Of a DNA stretch of 64,000 nt, positions 52,338-62,413 are shown one piece after another. The notes under the pieces were generated by a model, which made no database searches, was not told where the DNA came from, and worked only from the letters and a program-made list of their open reading frames with translations. The translations under genes were made by a program, and so were the position numbers. Every line of letters starts with the position of its first letter. Within the stretch, counting starts at the first letter, position 1. Origin of the DNA: Basidiobolus meristosporus CBS 931.73 (Eukaryota; Fungi; Basidiobolomycota); contig MCFE01000139.1 in assembly GCA_002104905.1 (NCBI GenBank), positions 1-64,000 of the forward strand, given 5' to 3'.

Positions 52338-55300
52338 TGTTGTAAGAGTCTTGGAGATATCAGAAGTGATTGGAGAACAAGTAGATTATGTGGTTTTCAC
52401 TTAATGATTCATTGAATATAAAAGTAGTATTTATACTTTTATATGGTCTTGGCATAGCAAACATGTAGAACAGGCTAAGGAAGGTCCCAAGAACATGTGT
52501 GCAAAGTTTGGGGCTGTTTGGACAACTTTGAGAATTCTCATATTCTGGGAACCTGGTATTCTGGTGAAAATATTCTAAGTAAACCCCAACAAGGAATTTG
52601 GTCAATATTCTCTAGGATATGAAGGTAATGATCTGAGTGACTAAGTTAGGTGAGTATTTAGGTAGAAATACAAATTTTTACAACACTCCCACTTAGCTAA
52701 ATGCTCATACTGACTAGTCCTAATTTTGACCTAAGATATTCAAACTTGTCTCTAGCTAATGGTTTGGTAAATGCATCTGCAATCATTTCATCTGTAGAGC
52801 AGTAAACTAAGCTAACTAAGTTATTCTCTATAGCTTCACATGTAAAATGCTGTCTAATATCTATATGCTTGGCTCTAGCATGAAAAGATGGACTTCTACC
52901 TAATTGTATACATCTTTGATTATCTTGAAATAAAGTAATAGGCATTTTTTAACATAGGCCTAAATCTGTAAAAAGCTGTCTTAATCACATTGCTTCTTTT
53001 GTAGCTTCACAGGCTGCCATATACTTTGCCCCTGTGGTATAGAGTGCTACAGTTGGTTGCTTTCTTGAATTCCATGAAATTGCTCCTTGACAGTAAAGAA
53101 AGGTGTATCCTGTGGTGGATCTTCTGTCTTCTAAATTTGGCCCCAATCAGCATCAGAGTATCCCACAAGATCCTGTTCTGAATCCTTATAAGTGTATCTT
53201 AAGCAGATATCAGCAGTTCCTTTTAGATATCTAAAATCCGCTTAACAGCTGCAATATGATCAGATCCATAGTTCTGATTATGTTGGCTGTCAACTCCCAC
53301 TGAATATGAGATATCTGGACATGTTCCAAGCATGATATACATCAGACTGCCAATCATAGACTGATAAGGAGAGTCAGGGCTTTCAGATGGCACCAAGCTC
53401 TTGTGATTTGGTTGAGTTTTGACCAAGTTCAGGTTTGTCTCCATTGGGGTAGATGCCAGTTTACAGTCTTCCATTTTGTACTTCTTTAGTATATCTTGAA
53501 TATGCTTGGACTGGCTTAGGATAATAGTCTGGGTACTTTTGTCTATGGAGAACTTAATACCTTAGTAGAAACTGAGTTCTCCTATATTGGACATTTTGTC
53601 TTGAAGACCCATCTGCATCCAATTGATTTTTGGTTGATTGGTAACTTAACTAAGTCCCAAGTTTGATCTTCTATCAGGGCCTGATATTACTCAGTCATTG
53701 CAGATCTCTAAAACCTAATATGAGGGCTAATTAGGGCCTCTTTTACAGTCTGGGGTTCACCAATATGGACTGAATAGGCATAGGCTAAGTTTGTACCCTC
53801 ATTGATATAGTAATATGTGCTATTTCTTGTCCAATTGGATGTCTGGGCATTTGATACTGGAATGATCACTTCTGGGATATTCCTGGGCACTGATTCTAGC
53901 TGAACCATGGTTGCAGAGTCCTCTGGAGTGAAAAAGCTTTCATTGTTTTGCTCTGATTCTATCCTGACCATTGGTGGACTTGAGATGAGATTTTTGTCAT
54001 CATCTGATATCATTTTTTGCAAATATTTTGAATTTCCATCAAACAACACATCCCTAGGCTTAATTAGCTTCTTTGCTTTGGTATTGTAGAGTCTGTATGC
54101 TCTACTCTCATTGCAGTAGCTCAATAATATGCATTTTACACTTTTTGGCTCAAATTTTGATTGATTTCCAGGCAGTGTCTTGGCATATGCTGTACACCCA
54201 AATATTCCTAGATGCTATGCACTTGGTCTGTATCCATACCATGCTTCAAGTGGATTAGAATCACAAAGTATTATATTGTAACTCCTATCTTTAAGGTATA
54301 CAGCAGTAGCAACTGATTCTGCCCAAAAATCATAGGATAATTTTTGATCATGGATCATAGATCTTGCCATATCAATTACTGATCTGTTAGCATGTTCTGC
54401 TACTCCATTTGCTGTGGGGAGTATGGTACAGTAGTCTTTTGCTTTATCCTATGAGTTTTGCAGAAGTGGATGATGAGTTTTGAAATATATTCTCCACCAT
54501 TGTCAGAGCATATTTTCTTGATTTTTCCCCTGTTTCTCTCCCCAACATGGCTTTAAACTCCCTGAGCTTAGACAGAGCTTCTTCCTTTCTCTACATGAAG
54601 TAGACCCATGTGTATCCTGTATAATCATTAATCAAAGTGCTGAAATACGTCATCCCACCTAAGGATAAACCTTGCATAGGTCCACACAGATCTGCGTGAT
54701 TTAGATCTAATTGTTTCTTAGTTTTGACCAGCCCAGAGCTCCTGAACAGTTGTCTGGTTTGTTTCCCATTTATGCAGGCTTCCCAGTGCCCCAAATTAGC
54801 TGGGGGATCAATTTTTACTCCAGATATTAGCTGATCTTTGATCATTTTGAACAAATAATCAAAATTGATGTGCAAAAATCTCCTGGCCAAAGCATTGGTG
54901 TTTCTTCATTTAAGTTACTCATATTGGCTTCCAAATATGATGGAATATAAGTCAGCTTGTATAGATTCTGATCTCTGATACCCAAAGCAATATGAGCACC
55001 ATTTTGATCAGTGATCTTGCATCCAGAATTGTCAAAGCTGAAACTGAGTCCTTCTGTAGTGGCCTTGCTTACAGATAGTAGGTTCTTGGCTGTTTCTGGT
55101 ACATAGAGTACTTCTTTAAAGGTCAGTGTATGGCTTCCTTCACTGCTTGTTAGGTTTACTTGGATAATTCCTTCTCCCACTGCATCAAGTGCTCCATTGT
55201 CACCCATAAAAACCTTCATATTTAGGACTTCTTGATATCGGGTAAAAGGTTCTTTTTGATGTGTAAAATGTTGAGATGCTCCAGAGTCAGTATACCATGT

Positions 55301-56332
55301 CTGAGAATCCTTGTTTGTAGTCATATTTAGTGCCAATATGCATAGTCTATCTTCAGTTGTTGCAGCATTTCCATATTCAGGCTTCTTTTGCTGATTATCT
55401 TTCTTTTTGAGACACCGGTCTGATGGGTGTCCTTTCCTTTTGCAGTAGTTACAAAAACAGGTTGCTGTGGCCTTTGTAGGGTCTTTGGTACCTACTTTGC
55501 TGGCTATCATTGCTTATTAAAGCATTTTCTTCTTCCTTCTTGTTGGTACTTGATTTTCTTAATTCTTCATCCAGAAGCCTTCCATATATGTAATTTAAGG
55601 CCAAATCCTCAGTTCTGGACTCTAGGGCTGATACAAGGCCCTGAAACCTGCTGTCAGGCTATTCAGGATGGTAACTACCACATCCTCATCAGTAGTTGGT
55701 ACACCCACAGATTCCATTTCATTTATCAGCAGGATAATTTTTGTTAATTAGATTTTTCATTTCTTCACCTGGCAGCATCTTTGTAGTAAAGAAATTATGT
55801 CTCAGATACATTTTTTTAGCAGCTAAACATGACTGGTAGGTGTCTTTTATGTCTTCCAGGCATTCTTTGCCATTTTTGCACTTGAGCATTGATTTAGCAA
55901 TTTGTCCATAACATTAATGCAAATGCAGTTAAAGGCACTTTGTTCTTTCTTCTGGTACTTTGAGGCTTCCTCTCCCACATTCTTAGGAGGGCATCTTGGG
56001 GATATAGGAAGTGATTGAGAGAATAAGGAGCTTATTTGGTTTTCACTTAATGATTTATTGAATGTAAAAGTAGTATTTATACTTTTACATGGTCTTGGCA
56101 TAACAAACATGTAGAATAGGCTAAGGAAGGTCACAAGAATGTGTGTGCAAAGTTTGGGGCTGTTTGGACAACTTTGAGAATTTTCATGTTCTGCTTATCT
56201 GGTATTTTGGTGAAAATATTCTAAGTAAATCCCAACATGGAAAATTGGTCAGTATTTGCCAGGATATGAAGGTAATGATCTAAGTGACTAAGTTAAGTGA
56301 ATATTTAGGTGGAAATACAAATTTTTACAACA
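52338..56332 (-). mobile_element. Decayed, internally deleted Ty1/Copia retrotransposon (about 4.0 kb)
   Basis: 3' LTR 52338-52685 with adjacent PPT; 5' LTR about 55990-56332, truncated on the inner side. Flanks GATTC / GAATC. Domain order: gag knuckle CNYCKRKGHPSDRC, protease DSGAS, integrase HADLCGP/SDNGGEY, RT STPM...GSLMY, GYSDADWG, RNase H DNQ...KHIDI...ADAFTKPL. Many stops and frameshifts. Confidence 0.92.
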
Positions 56333-56582
56333 GAATCAAGGTAGTCCTGTCTATGGGACAAACAGTTCAACACTTAACAAGGTAATGCTATTATATCACT
56401 TTGTTGTCAATACTCATGAGAACTTAAGGTAGCCTTGTATTTGAGACATTGCACCTACATGAATGTAAGATTCAATGATGACTCACCATAGTAAGCATTA
56501 TAAATAAAGTTATAGCACTATTTAAACATGTATATGTAACACCTTTCCCCTTTGGCTAGACTCACTTCCATATAAATGCCAC

Positions 56583-57653
56583 TGTAGTGGGGTGACAGTG
56601 ACACCCACTGACAGATGTGCTCATTCCCTTATTCTCTACTTCCCTATATCCCTACTACACTCATTTTAGTTTTATCCCATTTGTCTTACCCAATCAGTAC
56701 TATCCCATAAGCAGGTTGACTATCACACCTGCTTACCTTATTGCATAAGTTACCCCTCACTTTATGTAAAATTACTAGCTACAAGTGCTTCTATATTAGG
56801 CAAGTACCCGCGCCAGTACCCGTGACACATGATCAACCAATGTCACCATCCCTACCATTTCCATACCATATATGGTATCCCCATGTTACACAGGTTTCAG
56901 AATACTGATTCCTGATTGGTTGGATGTGCTGTGCCTCTTAGAACCTTCCGGCACCTACTTAGAACATTCTTAGGTCATTCTGATGTCATTAAGATTTCTA
57001 ATGATCTCTGGAACCTTCTAGAACACCATGATTAGTAATCACTTAGCCAGTGAGAAAAGTATATAAGGGAGGCTATCCCTCTACAATAAATCATCATCCC
57101 TTTTATCAATATTCCAACTTGTTGATTAGTGTGATCACTGCTACCTGCTGCTACCTGAACTTCCAACCCCAGACCACAGGACACTCCCAGGAAACCGCGC
57201 TTACAGTCAACTGACCTTGGAGGCACTACTTGTGAGGAATACTCAGAGTAGGTATCTTTTATTATATTTGATTCTTTCCCAAGTTTGTTCTTGTACAGGC
57301 AAAGATACTTTTCTGTCTTTGTAACTATTGACCACAGCTGCATTCTTATCAAGTCCCTGCTGGTGGAGTTTACAGTTGTTTTGACTTTGGAAGCTTTAGT
57401 ACATTGTCATCTCAAAGGACGCTGAACCCAGCACATACTTTTGTTAAGACGCCAACTAAGTTGGGGATTGTAGCTCAATAGTTTTCCCTTGACAAGCTTG
57501 TGGCTTTATTCCCCTTCACATTAGATTAGAGACAGAACCCAAGTATTCCTAGCAAGCTTTTGCCAGAGGTTATCGCACCCAGTGAGCACCCCACACACAA
57601 AACACTTGAGAAGTGTTGGACGTATCTCTCCCCTGGACCTACACACCACCACA
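56583..57653 (+). mobile_element. Solo LTR, family C (1071 bp)
   Basis: TGTAGTGGGG...CACCACCACA; TATA at about 57060, then AATAAA. Inverted near-copy at 61012-62082. Flanks CCAC / CCGC. Confidence 0.88.
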
Positions 57654-59340
57654 CCGCCAAGGAATAAAGCAAGTTGTCTGGTTCTCAACCAAGCTCTACT
57701 GCTGACAGCAGCAGAAGAACAGTTGAACAGCTGCTTGCTTTGACATTCAGTGTAACAAGCGGATCTGCAAACAAAAAAAGCCCTGTGGATGGTGTGCCCA
57801 CTTAAGGGAGCAATGTGGACTCCTCAGGCTCTCTGTCATGTATCAAATTGGGAATCTTTGAAGAGCCACTAGCTGACCATATTGCTGAGGCATATGGGAA
57901 TGTAGCAACAGCAGTACCTTCAGTTGAAGACCAGCATGTTGACATCATAACATTGCCACCACCTGTATTAGCAAGTATGTTGTCAGCTCATACCAAAGCA
58001 TTAATGAGGCATTAGGTGCGGTGGCTTTTGGATAGATGCAATTGACCAGAGAAATCAGAAAATAGTCCTGAAATAGGATAAGCAGGTAAAACGTGCAGAG
58101 CAATCAATATCTCAGGTGGGGAAAGCAGTATCTTTGCTGCAAAGAAGGAAATCAAGAAGCCCAATGTCAAAGCCAAGAATTAGGCCATTTCTCAATGTAA
58201 TAGCAGAGTAACACCATACAGTCTTTGAAGCACAACAACAGTGCCAAAAGATAAAGTCCACAGAAAACCTATTACAGCACAGGAGGGTGAAAATGTAGTG
58301 CTTATACCAAAGCCTAAAAACCAATTGATATTAAAGATCTGTGAAGCCATTCAGTGCAATGATGAAGAGAGGCTAATAGACTTGTTCCATTGTGCCATTG
58401 ATCATAGTGCCAGAGAGTGCTGTATATTTTGTTATTAATTTGATATCTTAGGGTCATATGCATGTCAACTTTGATCCCAAATTGGCACTCTATGGCACCA
58501 TCTGGCACTCTGAGGCATGATCAGGCACCATCTGGCATGCTATGACACTATTGGGCACTATGATCAGCTGGAATGATGGAACAAGTCTACTCAGTCCAGG
58601 TAGCAGTGAAGGACCTGGCAGTGATAAAAACAAGCAGCTACATCAGGAGCCTGGCACACCATGGGCTGAGAGCTTAGAACAAGCATGAAAGAGGTGTCAG
58701 GTTGCCTGCCAAGTGCCAGCAAGGGACAAACAGGCCAAAACAGAAGCATCAGAGCAGCATTTATCAAGGAGAAAACTTAGCCTAATACAAGAAGCACTCA
58801 GACAATGTAGTAATGAAAGACCTTGTACTGATAAAGGCAAAGGTAAAGAGGAAAAAGTCTACCCAGAGCAGATTGAATCCCATCATAGCTAAGAGAAATT
58901 ACCAACAACAGAACAGTTGTTTTCACAAGAGTTGGAGGTGCAGCCAGTTGAGCTACACTCCAGTGAGGTAGATAAGTTTACAGAAAAAGACAATTCATCT
59001 ACCACACATTCCAGTACCTTTACTGTTGACAGAGTGGAGATTCTTCTGGCAGACAAAGTAGCAACATCACAAGCTCAAAAGGCTAGCACAATGCCTTTGG
59101 TGGAGTTTTGGTACATCAATAGGCTCACCAAAAGGTTGCAGCACTTCTTCAAGAGCAGTGCTCAAGAAAATGCACTTGAATATTGCAAGGACCTGTTACA
59201 ATGACTGGCAGATGAGGAGCTAGACCATGTAGTGCTAGCTGAAGACCAGGACATATGGAAACCAGTGAATGAACAATGGCTTAAAGCTGTAGGATTCTTG
59301 CCCAAGTTGTGGAAACAGTGAATTATACCAGAAATACTTA
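57654..59340 (+). pseudogene. Degenerate long reading frame of unknown identity, interrupted by a MITE
   Basis: ORF-track pieces 57815, 58241 and 58917 fall in one frame once the 209-bp MITE and one TA are removed. Only scattered stops remain. No recognisable domain. Confidence 0.45.
58379..58587. mobile_element. 209-bp MITE
   Basis: 12-bp TIR GACTTGTTCCAT...ATGGAACAAGTC flanked by TA on both sides. Internal 10-bp tandem GGCAC-type repeats at about 58483-58560. Confidence 0.8.
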
Positions 59341-59712
59341 TTGAGTGGTTGATTTTAATGGAATTACTTGTTGAGTGTGGGGTTGGGCTTAATGTTAGTG
59401 TAGGATGTAGACACATGCATGGGTGAGTTCAATTGGCAGTTGAGGTCCAACTGAAGCTTCAATGGAAATAAATCAATATGTATGCATGAAAAATAAGAGA
59501 ATCGGTTGAGGCAGGTTGTAATGAGTGAAAAAAAGAGGCAATAGCCAATCAATGCACACAGATATAAGAGGTGCAAGTGTGTCTATAATCAGAAAGTCAA
59601 AAATGGGCAGTGAAATAATCAAAAGCCACTTTTATATGGTTGTTAAGAAGAATTTTGGTTAAGTTTTTGATGATATCTCAGGTGCAATTATTGTTTGATG
59701 GTTTTTGCACAG

Positions 59713-59912
59713 TGTGGTAGGGTAAACATACCTCCCACAGACAAGTTTACTCATATAGTCATGATGATATACTTATCCATATTTTACCTTATCAGTATTA
59801 TCCCATTCTTCTTTTGCCCATATTATCAGTATTATCCCCATATGATGTTTACCCTGATTATTTATTAGCATTAGTTATCCCAGATGTTATTCAGCTTTGT
59901 TATCAGTAAATA
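59713..59912 (+). mobile_element. 5' fragment of a family C LTR (40897-type) interrupted by a DNA transposon
   Basis: Nearly identical to 40897-41092, then replaced at a TA by GACTTGTTCC. Confidence 0.85.
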
Positions 59913-60094
59913 GACTTGTTCCGTTGGATAGTGCCACATAGTGCCAGCCGGTTTATAGTGCCGGATTGATCTGGCACTCTACGGCACTATCTGGCACTAT
60001 AATTTCTACCATGATGCCAGTGGTATGATACAGTTACTGGTAATTTTACTCAATCTTACTTATGTTGCTCAGAATAGTGCTTTCCTTGCTTTAT

Positions 60095-60979
60095 TTACTC
60101 TTCATAATGCTCCAGACACATTTCTCTCAGTGGATGTCTTCTTGTATGAACATACTGTGCATTGATAAGTATCTTAACTATTTTACCTATTCTGCTGTTT
60201 TCTCCTATATATGACTTTCCTCTGTATTTACCTGCCAATATGCTGAATCTCTTCAGATATCCAAATGTGTGCTCTACCCTTACTCTGAAATGATTAAATA
60301 TCTCATTGTAGAGCTTCTGCTTCCTGCTAAGCACACCATTCCTTGGCTTCCTATAAGCTGTAATACATCCTAATCTCTGACAATCCTCTCCTATATAGGC
60401 CAAGTCTGCCATACATTTCTCCCCTCTACTGAATTCAGGATGATTCTCTACCCAGAGTGCTTTGTCATGCCTACTTCCAGCAAATGGCCCACTAAACCAG
60501 ATGATGTTACCCTCAATGTCAGACAGTGCTTGAAACTTCACACAGTGTGCCTTGTAGTTGCCAGAATAAAAGTGCCTCTGCCCTCTAGAAGGTCTGTTTA
60601 TCCTCACTGTGAAGGTATCCAAAATACTCCTGATATGGAACCTGTTGCTGAACACTCTGGGATATGGAAGTCTATTGGAGCTTCTGAACCTAGTATTCCA
60701 AGCTTGCTCTCAGTCATTCATACCCTCTGCAAGGTGGTTCTCCATTGCTGTCAGCTGGGAATGAAAGCTTCTAGGACTTTTGTTGCCATGGATGGTGGGA
60801 TGAAACCTTGTAGGGCAATAGTTCTTGTAATAGCAGAGAAGCTTAACAAGGGATCTCCTTAGGTAGATTGGGGTTGATGGTCCACAGTACTTGGAATAGA
60901 TCTCCTCCAGTGTGTCAAAAGGAAATCCAGTGGTAGTGATGGGATTGATGAGAAAAGACCATTCAGATGAGTAAGTCAT
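60095..60979 (-). pseudogene. DDE_Tnp_4 (IS5/ISL2/Harbinger-type) transposase with one in-frame TGA
   Basis: SILDTF, FYSGNYKAHCVKFQ, GSRHD, ADLAY and RVRVEHTFGYLKRF. The two ORF-track pieces share a frame and are separated only by TGA at 60712-60710. 294 codons from ATG 60979. Confidence 0.85.
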
Positions 60980-61011
60980 ATTAAAATTGATGGATGATTG
61001 TATGGAGGCGG

Positions 61012-62082
61012 TGTGGTGGTGTATAGGTCCAAGGGAGAGATACGTCCAACACTTCTCAAGTGTTTTGTGTGTGGGGTGTTCACTGGGTGCGATAACCTCT
61101 GGCAAAAGCTTGCTAGGAATACTTGGGTTCTGTCTCTAATCTAATGTGAAGGGGGATAAAGCCACAAGCTTGTCAAGGGAAAACTATTGAGCTACAATCC
61201 CCAACTTAGTTGGCGTCTTAACAAAAGTATGTGCTGGGTTCAGCGTCCTTTGAGATGACAATGTACTAAAGCTTCCAAAGTCAAAACAACTGTAAACTCC
61301 ACCAGCAGGGACTTGATAAGAATGCAGCTGTGGTCAATAGTTACAAAGACAGAAAAGTATCTTTGCCTGTACAAGAACAAACTTGGGAAAGAATCAAATA
61401 TAATAAAAGATACCTACTCTGAGTATTCCTCACAAGTAGTGCCTCCAAGGTCAGTTGGCTGTCAGCGCGGTTTCCTGGGAGTGTCCTGTGGTCTAGGGTT
61501 GGAAGTTCAGGTAGCAGCAGGTAGCAGTGATCACACTAATCAACAAGTCGGTATATTGATAAAAGGGATGATGATTTATTGTTGAGGGATAGCCTCCCTT
61601 ATATACTTTTCTCACTGGCTAAGTGATTACTAATCATGGTGTTCCAGAAGGTTCCGGAGTTCAATAGAAATCTTAATGACATCAGAATGACCTAAGAATG
61701 TTCTAAGTAGGTGCCGGAAGGTTCTAAGAGGCACAGCACATCCAACCAATCAGGAATCAGTATTCTGAAACCTGTGCAACATGGGGATACCATATATGGT
61801 ATGGAAATGGTAGGGATGGTGACACGGGCTGATCATGTGTCACGGGTACTGGCGCGGGTACTTGCCTAATATAGAAGTACTTATAGCTAGTAATCTTACA
61901 TAAAGTGAGGGGTAACTTATGCAATAAGGTAAGCAGGTGTGATAGTCAACCGGCTTATGGGATAGTACTGATTGGGTAAGACCAATGGGATAAAACTAAA
62001 ATAAGTGTAGTAGAGATATAGGGAAGTAGAAAATAAGGGAATGAGCACATCTGTCAGTGGGTGTCATTGTCACCCCACTACA
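61012..62082 (-). mobile_element. Solo LTR, family C (1071 bp), inserted between the two transposon ORFs
   Basis: Reverse complement of 56583-57653 (about 95% identical by eye over the first 135 bp). Perfect 4-bp TSD GCGG (61008-61011 / 62083-62086). Confidence 0.9.
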
Positions 62083-62413
62083 GCGGTTTGAAATGATTTG
62101 GCGCGATCTGCGTTATTTATCTGATTTTTAACACATTATGGTTAAATCTCCATCAATTGCCATATTTCCCATCATTAGGTCGCAAAAATCATCCGCAAAC
62201 AATGCCTTGGTACTTTTATTGATGCTTTAATCATAGGTCTATAATCAAATAGGAAATCTGCGATTGATGTGATCTGATCCATGTCAACGCGATCCGAGAT
62301 GCATCATGCATAATATATGAAAAATTCAACAATCACTTTAGTTTTCATATATATTTCATATAAGACCAGGTTGATGCCAATATACTGCTGTATAAGTATT
62401 CAAATCCGTTGCT

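Noticed and set aside
58483-58560. Regular short repeats as a CRISPR-like array
   Set aside because: These are contiguous degenerate 10-mers without spacers inside a MITE, in a eukaryotic context with no cas genes.
56583-62082. The two 1071-bp repeats as the paired LTRs or TIRs of one composite element
   Set aside because: They are inverted and each has its own 4-bp TSD, so they are independent insertions.
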